From Chrysemys picta bellii (taxonomy: Eukaryota): DNA of 64,000 nucleotides. How positions within the stretch are numbered: position 1 is the first letter of the stretch; every line of letters begins with the position of its first letter. A program made the translations under genes and the position numbers. Below the pieces are notes generated by a model. It was not told the origin of the DNA and searched no databases. It saw nothing but the letters and a program-made list of their open reading frames with translations. Below, one piece after another: positions 1 through 10,720 of this stretch. The stretch covers positions 289,478,001-289,542,000 of the forward strand of contig NC_088792.1 of the NCBI RefSeq assembly GCF_011386835.1. Reading direction: 5' to 3'.

Positions 1-189
1 AGCGAAGCTGAAGGGCTTGAGCCGGAGATGGGGGCCTGTAACCGGAGCCCCACCAAGGGCTGAAGCCCTGGGCCCCAGTAAGTCCAACACCAGCCCTGGT
101 GACCCCATTAAAACGGAGTTGAGACCCACTGACTCTAGTCTCCTACCTAAGAGGCCATCAAACTCCCCCCAGTAATTCCTCCCTCAAGC

Positions 190-360
190 CCATGATTTCT
201 GGTTGAGCTAGACTAGAGCATCCTTTAGAGCAACAGCCAATCTGTAACTGAAAGTGTCAAGAGCCTGAGAATCTACCACTCCCCTTGGCAAGTTGCTCCA
301 GTAGTGAGCTACCCTTGCTGTCCAAGAACGTGTCCTGCCGAGTCCCTCAAGGTCTAACTA
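190..360 (-). mobile_element. Old CR1 LINE 3'-end fragment
   Basis: Degenerate match to the reverse complement of the CR1 3' region (…gaatctaccactccccttggcaagttgctcc…). Boundaries are approximate. Confidence 0.4.
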
Positions 361-849
361 ACCTCCATAACTAACATCATCTGCCGGTTTACACTACCTC
401 ATGGACCACCCTTGTATCCTGCTCAATACTAAACAGCCTGGGATGGACTGAGACGCCTGCCATTTATCTGTAACACTGCATCTAGCAGTGCAGTGCCGAC
501 ACGGCCCTAGTCACGGATCAGACCCCACCGTGCTCAGCAGTTTACAGGCATGAAGCAGACAGTGCCTGGGCTGGAGACTTCAGCAGCTCATGTGGTGATA
601 AGATGCAACAGGTGAGAGACAAGTGGGGTGGAGGGATAACAAGGTAACCGTGCAGACAGATCTGTTCCCCTAACTAGTCACTAGTGGCCACCAGCCCAGC
701 CAAGGTCAGATGGGGTGATTTACTGGCACCAGAGCAGAGGTGTGTGTGATGGAAGAGGATATGGTGGCGGCTTTATGACCAGTGTCAGGGAATTTCGCTT
801 TCATGCTGTCTTACAGATGGGTAAAGTACAACAATGTTTGTGGGAGAAG

Positions 850-1070
850 TAGCCAAGGAGGCGACCCAGCCTTTCTGTATCTTGGCCAGTTTCTAGTCCG
901 CATCAGCACGTTACGCTCACCTCACAATGACTTTGTTTCTTTGATACTTCTTGTGAGGACCTTTGCCAGAGGCTTTTAAATTGGTTTTAGCACCAGTTCT
1001 CCTTTAACCACTTTTGTGCACAAGTTTACACATTGTCTCTGCAGCTCCCTATTACTGGATTTTATTGTCA
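850..1070 (-). mobile_element. Highly decayed CR1 reverse-transcriptase fragment
   Basis: The minus strand reads …aaagcctctggcaaaggtcctcacaag…aactggcc…, resembling the CR1 'KAFDKVPH…NWL' coding segment with frameshifts. Confidence 0.35.
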
Positions 1071-1863
1071 GCACATGGTATTGCATGATCAGAGCAAGTC
1101 TACAGCCTTCTCCCTGAGCTTCGCTACAGCCCATGGCTCCGCCCCACTGAAGAAGTAGATCAGATGCCCCACTGCATCTATTGCCACAGGGCGGAGGGAA
1201 CATGTCCCCACACCGGGAGAAGTGAGAAAGGCAGGAAGGTGCATGTTGCTTTTCCCACTTCTCAGGTGATTGTAACAGCTCAGTCTTCAGTCACTCAATT
1301 TTAGAAATAGTTTGTCTCCTCTTGAGGTCCCTTCCAGTCCTATGATTCTGTGATAACCAACAAGGCTGTCAAGTTAAACAGAGCCAGACACCTCATTAAC
1401 TCCATATACTGCTGTTTATCGTTATGGGCCTACAGCAATTTTCAGTCCAAGCCAGCTTGAACGTTTCAGGAGCTCTAGATCTCTATCAACAACTTTAATT
1501 CTAGGCCTTTCATTATCCTGCACTCCCGTCAGACACCCATGTTGTAATATAATTACATACAATTAGAGGGCACAGCATGTGTGCCTGTAATGCTAACGAT
1601 GTTTATTTGGGGTGGTGAAGCAGTCAGTCAGTTGCTCTGGCTGGGGTCAGGATCTGTGGCAGGAGCAGCTGTGCGCACAGGTAAATGCCAACGTTGAATC
1701 GTTTAGAGGAGAGTTGCCGTCTACCACAGCTCTTGGCTTCCTCTTTTTGATGCTGAAAGATTCTATTTCCACATGTTTGTCTAGCGTCATTAGCCAGTTG
1801 TCAGGATCGCATTTTCCTCTTCAGAGGGGAATCGGTCCTCTGGCTCCTCCCCTCTTAGACTAG

Positions 1864-3413
1864 TATCAGGGGGTAGCCGTGTTAATCTGTATCAAGTATC
1901 GGGGGGGGTCCTCACCCACAACCACTTCAGATTTGGGGGCAACGTATACCTTCAAGTCAGCGGCACTGCTATGGGTACCTGCATGGCCCCACAGTATGCC
2001 AACATTTTTTTGGCTGACTTAGAACGACGCTTCCTCAGCTCTCGTTCCCTAGCGCCCCTCCTCTACTTGCGCTACATTGATGACATCTTCATCATATGGA
2101 CCCACGGAAAGGAGGCCCTTGAAGAATTCCACCTGGACTTCAACAATTTCCACCCCACCATCAACCTCAGCCTGGACCAGTCCACACAAGAGATCCACTT
2201 CCTGGACACTACAGTGCAAATAAGTGATGGTCACATAAACACCATCCTATACCAGAAAACCTACATGCCTCCAGCTTCCATCCAAGACAGACAGAGGCAA
2301 ACACCTACAAGATCTTTATCAAGCATTCGTAAAACTACAATACCCACCTGGGGAACTGAGGAAACAGATTGACAGAGCAAGACAGGTACCCAGAAATCAC
2401 CTACTACAGGACAGGCCCAACAAGGACAACAACAGAACACCACTGGCCATCACATACAGCCCCCAGCTAAAACCTCTCCAGCGCATTATCCACGATCTAC
2501 AACCTATCCTGGAAAATGATCCCTCACTCTCACAGACCTTGGGAGGCAGGCCAGTCCTCGCTTACAGACAACCCCCCCAACCTGAAGCAAATACTCACCA
2601 GCAACTACACACCACACCACAGAAACACCAATCCAGGAACCAATCCCTGTGGCAAACCTCGTTGCCTACTCTGTCCCCATATCTACTCTGGCAACAGCAT
2701 CAGAGGACCCAACCACATCAGCCACACCATCAAGGGCTCATTCACCTGCACGTCCACTAATGTTATATATGCCATCGTGTGCCAGCAATGCCCCTCTGCC
2801 ATGTACATTGGCCAAACCGGACAGTCCTTCCGCAAATAAATGGACACAAATCGGACATCAGGAATGGTAACATACATAAGCCAGTAGGTGAACACTTCAA
2901 TCTCCCTGGTCATTCTATTACAGATTTAAAAGTCACTATCACTGAACAAAAAAAACTTCAGAAACAGACTTCAAAGAGAAACAGCAGAACTAAAATTCAT
3001 TTGCAAATTCAACACCATTAATCTGGGCTTGAATAGGGACTGGGAGTGGCTGGCTCATTACAGAAGCAGCTTTTCCTCTCCTGGAATTCAGAGTAGCAGC
3101 CAGGTTAGTCTGTATGTGCAAAAAGAACAGGAGTACTTGTGGCAAATTTGTTAGTCTCTAAGGTGCCACAAGTACTCCTGTTTTCTCCTGGAATTGACAC
3201 CTCATCTATTATTGGGAGTGGACTACATCCACCCTGATTGAATTGGTCCTGTCAACACTGGTTCTCCACTTGTGAGGTAACTCCCTGCTCTGCATGGGTC
3301 AGTATATAATGCCTGCATCTGTAACTTTCACTCTATGCATCTGAAGAAGTGGTTTTTACCCACGAAAGTTTATGCCCAAATAAATGTTAGTCTTTAAGGT
3401 GCTACCAGACTCC
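1864..3413 (+). mobile_element. Penelope-like retroelement (RT + GIY-YIG endonuclease), decayed
   Basis: ORF 1971-2372 contains MGTCMAPQYANIF and YLRYIDDIFIIW (PLE RT). ORFs 2516-2839 and 2779-3021 contain VIYAIVCQQCPSAMYIGQTGQ and KPVGEHFNLPGHS (GIY-YIG). Frameshifts and stops are present. The typical PLE 3' end (…gcatctgaagaagtgg…cacgaaagtttatgcccaaataaa…) lies at about 3337-3413. Confidence 0.93.
3089..3183. mobile_element. Short Penelope-derived hairpin insert nested in the PLE
   Basis: 18-bp inverted arms acaggagtacttgtggca / tgccacaagtactcctgt, flanked by the 12-bp direct repeat tctcctggaatt (3077-3088 and 3184-3195). Confidence 0.8.
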
Positions 3414-3632
3414 TTAGACAGTGTTCCTGGAGGTTAGAACAGGATTCTCAGGACAAGAATGTCAGCCAGAGAGCACACCAGGGTCACACCCTATTTACAT
3501 CCAGGGTGAGCCCAGGTAGGGCCATCAGGATTATTCTTCCTTGTGTTAAGGCACTGAAATAAATGGGAGTCCCTAAACGACAAGTCACTAGACTCCCTGA
3601 AAGCCACTGCAGGGATCACGTCCTTAACATGA

Positions 3633-3836
3633 CAGGTTTCAGAGTAGCAGCCGTGTTAGTCTGTATCCGCAAAAAGAACAGGAGTACTTGTGGCACCTTA
3701 GAGACTAACAAATTTATTAGAGCATAAGCTTTCGTGGGCTACAGCCCACTATGTATCCGAAGAAGTGGGCTGTAGCCCACGAAAGCTTATGCTCTAATAA
3801 ATTTGTTAGTCTCTAAGGTGCCACAAGTACTCCTGT
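3633..3836. mobile_element. Penelope-derived palindromic non-autonomous element
   Basis: Perfect 73-bp inverted arms (3678-3750 and 3764-3836) with a 13-nt loop, flanked by the direct repeat ccttaacatga (3622-3632 and 3837-3847). Confidence 0.9.
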
Positions 3837-4599
3837 CCTTAACATGAGTATTCGAGAGGACTGCATACCTCACTATCTGTAAAGAGCCTAAGGATTGTTT
3901 GTATGTGCATCCCAAGAACAGGATTCTTGAAAATATGGGTCATCTTTCAGATCCCAATGCAAGTCAAAGCAGTTCTTCGCCCACGTCCGGCACCTCCTGG
4001 CTCTAGCATGCCAGCAGTAGGCATTTATCTACTGCTGGATCAAAGCAACATACACCCACCAAGACAGACCTGTTGTGAATAACCCACATGAGTGGCTATT
4101 AACATAATGGTACGTTATGCTGTTAAAAACATTCCAGGTGGCGTTCAGGATTTCGAAAGGAGCGTGTAAGGCCTTGGTTATATACAAGTTGCACTTTTTC
4201 CACAAGAGAAGTCTTAAACTGATTTTTGTAAACTACACAAATACCAGAGTTTAAGTAAAACAGCAAATCACTTCTTCACTGACTTCAGTCGATCAAAATG
4301 AGCCATGTTTGCATCCATCTAAAAAAATGTTCACAATTTCAGAGATTTCATAACGGATTTTAGTTAAATTGGTGCAGTTTGCAATATAGAGAAGGCCAAA
4401 GATTCCTTTGCTCTTAACTCTTCTATTAGAAATGAGACTTGCCACCCCCACCCAGCCCTGCCAGGCACACACATCTCCAAAGGCTATCAAAAAAACTGAC
4501 TTGCAGCCATGAGCAATAGATTAATTTGATGCTATATCGCTTGTGAGTCACTCGGGAGATCACAGGTAAGATACAGTGCCAATGGGCTCTCAAGTGAGC

Positions 4600-4790
4600 C
4601 CCAGGCAGTCAAGTTTAGTCCCATTAAGAAATGCTTGGAACAGTCTCCCTAGGGAAGTGGTGGAAGGGCCATCAGGTAGGCCATTTAAAACGAGACCGGA
4701 CAAGGTAGACTCCTACTACAAGGAACAATCCTGCCCTAACCTCCATGGGACAGGCTAGATGAGATCTTAGCTTAGAGGGCTTCCAGTGGG
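4600..4790 (+). mobile_element. Old CR1 3'-end fragment
   Basis: NAWNSLPREVVEGPS…FKTRPDK resembles the CR1 ORF2 C-terminus, followed by a decayed CR1 3' UTR. Confidence 0.6.
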
Positions 4791-5908
4791 AAGCCAGAAG
4801 AGGGAAGGGAGGGAAAGGATTCAAGGTGAAAACACACATAAGAGCACAAAATTAATGCTGATGTCACAACAAAGGTCATTTTGCAGCAAGACAGCTGCCA
4901 CCATGAGCAGGGGGCTCTGGGTACTCATTGTAGTTAGAAACTTGATTTTCAATTATACTGCAGTGGACGGTTGGCCAGTCCACCTATGGGCCAATTATAG
5001 TTGTGAGTCCAGCCATTCTTTTGCTACCCTGCTCAAACTCATCATCCACAAGTCCACAAAGAGCTGGACTGATTCCCTCTGCTGCTGCTCCTTGCTCTGA
5101 GCCTCTCCTCCACCAAAGAGACCCCACACCCCTCTCTTCTTTGTAATCTTTCCCCACTGTTGCAGTCTGGTATTGAGATGCTCAATACCATCCCCAGCTG
5201 GAACATTAGCTCTTATTTAAAAGCTAAAAGGAACTGCCATAAATCTTCTGACTCTGGAAGAGTAAGAGGTTACTGTAGGGGAGTGGACCACAAAGCAATC
5301 CTCAGCAGGCTGGCTGCCATGTATCCTGGTAGCCGTTCTTGGAGCAAGGGGGACAATCTGAGCATGGGGGAAATGAAAGAGGAACAGTATACAGTAAGGA
5401 CAGGAGTTCCACTTCAGAACAGCCTCAGATTCCCAAGCAAGAGAGCCATACCTTGAGCTAAACAAAATCAAGACCCAGGTCTTTGATAGCCTGGAATATA
5501 GCGATTACCTCCTACACAGGGTGCATGCATGAGTTGCCCAGTTATCTGGTTTTAGACGCAGTGAGATATTGGAGCAAAACAGCTAGGTGTTCTTCAGCTC
5601 TGCTCTTCCTTGCTAAGGTGTCCACGCCAGCAGAGCTCAGAACAACCCAACATCATTGGAATTGCCTTTGCTTCTCTCCATTACGCTATGTCCCTGAAAA
5701 GAGGACTTTCCCCTCCCCTCTCAGAAGCTAGTCACAGTCAGTGACAAAAACGAGGAGTCCTGCCAGCTAACAGCGAGCGTGGCACCTGAACTGTACAATA
5801 CCCTTGTTGGAAGTGCCTGTTTTTGTGTAGATCTCTACCAGATTCAAGCTAGGTTTCTTAGCCTGACTTCCCCCCAAAACAGAGCGGACAGAGTCATCTG
5901 GCACTTAC

Positions 5909-5930
5909 TTTTCACCCGCGACTCCATCAT
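5909..5930 (-). CDS. MROH1: MROH1 (maestro heat-like repeat family member 1), first coding exon; the rest of the gene lies left of the window
   Basis: The minus strand reads ATG ATG GAG TCG CGG GTG AAA A|gtaagt: MMESRVK + 1 nt, a phase-1 intron and a consensus donor. This matches the recalled 22-nt first coding exon of MROH1 (human MTESSMK|K). Orientation and position next to TSSK5/HGH1 fit mammalian synteny. A possible acceptor is at 5951. The next coding exon was not found in 1-5900. Confidence 0.65.
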
Positions 5931-6989
5931 GCTCCTCGTTTTGAGCTTTTCTGCCCACAGAGGGTAGTTTGCAGCTTCTTGCTCCTTCTCAAACCGGGAA
6001 GTTCCTGGGGAACCTATTTTGGCAGTCTGCCTTTGCTCCTTTAGAGAGCAGTTTCTGTTTTAAGAGTCTCTTGGACTAGAGGTTTGTAAGTCAGGAGCGT
6101 TGCACACCATGAAGCGGAGGAGAGGATATTAGTCCAGCCACAGGGAAGCAAGACATCAATTTCTTCAGTTTCTTGTGGCCAGCTAACAATCTCCAGCTGC
6201 CTGATCTCTCCAGGTTTCTGAACCTCTGGCAGTTTCCTGATGGTGGGGAATCAATGCACTCTCCAATGCGATCATAGCTCCAAATGAAAAGCCTTTAGAG
6301 AGAGTGAGGCCACATATACTCCCTCCGAAGTACTGTTCCCTAGAGCTTCTTCCTTCTTCTAGGCCTGAAAAGACAGAGACATTTCACAACATGACTTACA
6401 ACATGCATTTGTTTACCTACAACATTCAGTACTGCGTGTTCCCATCTAGCAACTGCTTCTGTGCCATGGTTTCCAGGGTCCCAGCATTTCTTTTTCTGGC
6501 CAGTGATAACGGGCCTGTCCCCTATCAGAAGGAAACTCTTGCCAGCCAGTATGACTGCAGAAAGCATGACCGTTTCAAAGGGGTCTAGGTTGTACTCATT
6601 TAAGCGACCTGCCTCTGAAGGAACCATGAGGATGGAAGTGACAGACATCAGCAGTCCAGAGTGTCCCAAGCCCCTGTCCAGGGGAAGTTTTCCTTTAACT
6701 AGAACAGATTTGCTCTGCTTGTATGCTGTAAGTGGCAACAGCAATGCTTAAAACAAGTTTAAGATACATAAGTGGAGAATCAAAGTCTATACTATATACA
6801 AAGGCAAGCCTAAAGTAGCAGGGTGTATATATACACACACACATAGGTGCCACAGCACATTCATTGTTTCTAAAGATACATATTGTAGCTTTGATCCTCT
6901 CTCTTCAACTAGGTCAGAACAAAATACCAGCCACGTTCACGCTGAAGCCTCCTTAACCATCAAGGAACTGTTAGTGTTTCTAAAACACA

Positions 6990-7381
6990 GAATCATAGAA
7001 GATTAGGGTTGGAAGAGACCTCAGGAGGTATCTAGTCCAATCCCCTGCTCAAAGCAGGGCCAACACCAACTAAATCAACCCAGCCAGGGCTTTGTCAAGC
7101 CGGGCCTTAAAAACCTCTAAGGAAGGAGATTCCACCACCTCCCTAGGTAACGCATTCCAGTGCTTCACCACCCTCCTAGTGAAATAGTGTTTCCTAATAT
7201 CCAACCTAGACCTCCCCCACTGCAACTCGAGACCATTGCTTCTTGTTCGGTCATCTACCACCACTGAGAACAGCCAAGCTCCATCCTCTTTGGAACTCCG
7301 CCTTCACGTAGTTGAAGGCTGCTATCAAATCCCCCCTCACTCTTCTCTTCTGCAGACTAAATAACCAAAGTTCCCTCAGCC
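6990..7381 (-). mobile_element. CR1 LINE 3' end
   Basis: ORF 7070-7264 ([59 protein letters not shown]) is the CR1 ORF2 C-terminus, followed by the CR1 3' UTR and a ttctatgattct tail. Confidence 0.93.
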
Positions 7382-8300
7382 ATTGGCTTGCTATTTCTCT
7401 ACCACCACCACTACCACCACTACACGTGTCCTACTAGGTGTATCTCTAGTGAGCAAAGCACCCACAGCTTCTCTCCTATCCCAGGGCATGCTAAAGAATT
7501 GATTCCTCTCCCCACCTCTGTATAGTGATGCTCATCTCAGTGCAGATAATCTGGTCATGAAGGAAACAGCAGCACAGGAGAGTGTCTGCAATCTCACTTG
7601 TTGTTTAGGAAGTGGAAGTTTAACATTCACTAGTTTACTGCCTAGGGCAACTTATCTATTTTGGCATTTCGAAACATCAAGCAAAACACCTTCCCCCCAC
7701 ACGGGGTGTTTTACATCCGCTAATGTGCCACATCATCAGAATAATCAAATCACACAAGGGCCTTTGCATTTGTTTTACACATGACCTATTAGTCCTCACA
7801 GTCCCCAGTTATTAGGCCTGTTTTAAGATGTGGCCAAGAGGGGCAGTGACCTGGCCAAGGGATCACAGCAAGTCTGTGGCAGAGCTGGAGCACCTTGCCC
7901 TCTGCTCAGTTCACTAACCCACTAATTCACAAGAGCGGCTCCTCCATCTGCCTCTAGTAACAGTGCACACCACTAAGCAGGGGACCGACGCTGGAGCCAG
8001 CACTCATTCACCTGCTTCCTGAGGAGCGTCAGCCTAGACACTGCTCAGGAGGTAGGAATCTGGCCACTGCAACCCATGCTGGTGAAGGCAGAGGAATGAA
8101 TCTAAAAGGAGCACAAAAATGCTGCAGAGTCCCTGCTGCAGGGATGAATCCAGATGCTCCTGATACAGCACAAAGCTGGTACTCATGCGAGAGCCATCAA
8201 GCCTTAAGAAAAATGGAACAAACAGAGAAAGTCCAGCCCAGCGTGAAGCCATGGTGCGAAAGCCTTCGAGACTCAGTGCACCAGACTAGGTCTGGCCACC

Positions 8301-8429
8301 CTGCAAGCCAGAGGGCGCAGCTGCAAGCCAGAGGGCGCAGCTGCAAGCCAGAGGGCGCAGCTGCAAGCCAGAGGGCGCAGCTGCAAGCCAGAGGGCGCAG
8401 CTGCAAGCCAGAGGGCGCAGCTGCAAGCC
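8301..8429. repeat. Perfect 20-bp minisatellite (ctgcaagccagagggcgcag) x6.4
   Basis: Six identical units plus a 9-nt partial unit, read directly from the sequence. Confidence 0.97.
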
Positions 8430-8687
8430 TCAGACAGGTGGACAAAGCTGCATCTCTGGTGCTGGGATTTCAGTTCTCTTGATACAGAACTGCAGATCCA
8501 TAGGGGACACAGATACAGGTGAGAGGAGAAACAGACCAGTGCTCCCAACACCTCCTGAAGCGCATGCAAACAAGAACTAGACTAGCTGCATGGACTCTGA
8601 CAAACTTTGTCATTTCAAAAGTTGCATGCAACACAGCTGGCCATAGGACAATTAACAGATTCAGTACAAATAACTAAGGCTAAACCA

Positions 8688-8846
8688 CTGGTGCGGTAAC
8701 ATCTTTCTCTTCATAGGTCATTATATAATGCCTGCATCTGTAACTTTCACTCCATGCATCTGAAGAAGTGGGTGTTTTACCCATGAAAGCTTATGCCCAG
8801 ATAAATCTGTTAGTGTTTAAGGGGTCACCAGACTCCTTGTTGTTTT
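8688..8846 (+). mobile_element. Penelope 3'-end fragment with a minimal hammerhead motif
   Basis: Matches the PLE 3' terminus at 3303-3413. Flanked by the 13-bp direct repeat taaggctaaacca (8675-8687 and 8847-8859). Confidence 0.85.
8756..8796 (+). ncRNA. Minimal type-I hammerhead ribozyme motif (PLE-associated)
   Basis: Stem I GCAT/ATGC; core CTGAAGA plus an extra A; stem II GTGGGT/ACCCAT; GAAA; palindromic AGCT in place of helix III; predicted cleavage triplet CUU. Related copies lie at 3337-3375 and 3753-3792. Confidence 0.6.
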
Positions 8847-9752
8847 TAAGGCTAAACCAGCCTTCCCACCTAGCTAATCAGCCAGACTGTCCGAGACCAG
8901 GCCTTACAGTCACCTGACTGGAGTGGCAATCATTAATACAGGACTGCACCGATACACACAGCCCCAGCACTGAAGAGCGTACAGTACGAGTAACCCACAT
9001 AGCTGGGAGTAGACAGATGTCAGCTAGGGAAGCTTCTCCTACAGAGAGCTACAATGCAATTAACAGGAGCAGCAGCAAGTATTCACCACCAGCAGCTTGG
9101 TATGGAGAAGTGATTTCCTGAGGATTTACTTCAGGATAAGCTACTTATGAAAACGGTTTCCTATCATGAATCTACATTTTTTAAAGAGGCAACTGGCTAA
9201 CCACCCCATTAATAACTACAGGCTACTGAAGGGCAGAGGAAGATCATTCCCTGTCAGCCATCCCCCAGCTAGAAAGCGGATCCAGTTGCCAGTCTCCTGT
9301 AAGGTGGAGATTCCCTAAAGTACTCAGCAGTCCCACACCGGGGTGACTGGGCTAGGAACAATCAGGCATCCAAATGGCAATAAAGGAGCCCAGCCCAAGG
9401 GGTGTGCTGCTGCACTGCTGAAGCATTGCTTTGAGGACAGCCCAGCAAGACAGAAGCCAAACATCCAGCACAGAACCCCCCTTGGTAAGTTTTGCTCTTG
9501 CTCCCTGTTCGGTGCGTGTGTGTGAACCCATCTGGGTTCTCTCTCGCCCAGTCCTGCAACACATCGCCATGTCTCCAAGGCAAAAGCCCCAGACCCCAAA
9601 CTAGGACCACAGCCCAGGAGCTGAAGTGCTGGGGGCATTCCCCAAAGCCCCATCCCAGAGCCGGGATGCTTAGTGACAAGCAAGCCTGGCACTGCTCCCC
9701 AGGGCCAGGAGGAGACCGCAGGTCACAGGCTGCCGGACCAGGGACGGCAGCA

Positions 9753-10077
9753 GGGAGCCCGGACGCCTGGGTTCTCTCCCCGGCTCTGGGAGGGGGGCGG
9801 GGGCTGGTGGCTAGAGCTGGGGGGAGGGCTGGGAGCCCGGACGCCTGGGTTCTCTCCCCGGCTCTGGGAGGGGAGCGGGGGCTGGTGGCTAGAGTGGGGG
9901 GAGGAGGAGGTTGGGAGCCCGGACGCCTGGGTTCTCTCCCCGGCTCTGGGAGGGGAGCAGGGGCTGGTGGGTAGAGCGAGGGGGGAGGGCTGGGAGCCCG
10001 GACGCCTGGGTTCTCTCCCCAGCTCTGGGAAGGGAGCGGGGGCTGGGAGCCCGGACGCCTGGGTTCTCTCCCGGCTC
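9753..10077. repeat. G-rich tandem array, about 53-82-bp unit, 5 copies of gggagcccggacgcctgggttctctccc
   Basis: Core copies start at 9753, 9831, 9913, 9992 and 10045, at the start of MROH1 intron 1. Confidence 0.9.
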
Positions 10078-10155
10078 TGACGGGTATCGGGTCCCCACAA
10101 CAGCAGCGATCGCACCGGGCTGAGCCCGCCCCCACCCGCGCCCCGGCGGCGGTAC

Positions 10156-10460
10156 CTGCTCCCTCCAGCTCGGCTGCGACTGCGGCTCCTGCTCCGGCCG
10201 CTTCCGGCACAGCCTGGCCCCGCCCCCACCTGTGCGAGGGGCGGGGACTCCTCGCCCCGCCCCCTCCGCGCGGCCCCCTCACGTGATCTCGCCAGTTCGG
10301 CCCGGCCGTTGGGCGGAGGCACCAAAACAATGTAATGCGCATGCGCCAGAGCTAAGCGCCGCCCCGCCCCCCGCGGTTGACCGAGGGCGGGGTCTGGTCA
10401 CACTCGTGGGGGAGGGGAGCCTCCCTCTCGGGGCGTGTCAGTGTCAGGCCCCGCCCCCTT
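10156..10460 (-). promoter_or_regulatory. MROH1: CpG-island promoter and non-coding exon 1 of MROH1
   Basis: CpG-dense. Minus-strand donor CAG|GTACCG at 10156/10155. ETS CCGGAAG (10200-10206), GC boxes, E-box TCACGTGA (10279-10286), NRF1-type TGCGCATGCGC (10336-10346). Confidence 0.7.
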
Positions 10461-10489
10461 CCCCCTCTGGTGTGGAAGCCCAGCCCCAC

Positions 10490-10720
10490 CCACCCCCTAC
10501 AAGCGCCCCCCCTCCCCCTCCCATGCTGGGGGCTCACTCCCCCTCCTCCCCCCCCCCCCCCCCCAACAGGAGACCCCCCCTCCCCCCCTCCAACAGGAGA
10601 CCCCCCTCCCATGCTGGGGGCTCACTCCCCCTCCTCCCCCCCCCAACAGGAGACCCCCCCCCCCCCAACAGGAGACCCCCCTCCCCCTCCCATGCTGGGG
10701 GCTCACTCCCCCCACCCACC
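10490..10720. repeat. C-rich degenerate tandem repeat (…ccatgctgggggctcactcccc…aacaggagacccccc…)
   Basis: Three copies of catgctgggggctcactcccc interleaved with aacaggagaccccc units. Confidence 0.8.

Noticed and set aside
4011-4038. Perfect 10-bp hairpin ccagcagtag/ctactgctgg
   Set aside because: About one such short stem is expected by chance in 64 kb, and there is no supporting context.
1-5900. Second coding exon of MROH1 (LLDAITDKD-like)
   Set aside because: Searched by eye on the minus strand and not found; presumably it lies left of the window.
6340-6744. Minus-strand ORF with a phase-compatible donor (6416) and acceptor (6365) suggesting an extra upstream coding unit
   Set aside because: The implied intron is only 52 nt, below typical vertebrate minimum, and the peptide resembles nothing recognisable. 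The 6365 acceptor might still mark a 5' UTR exon.
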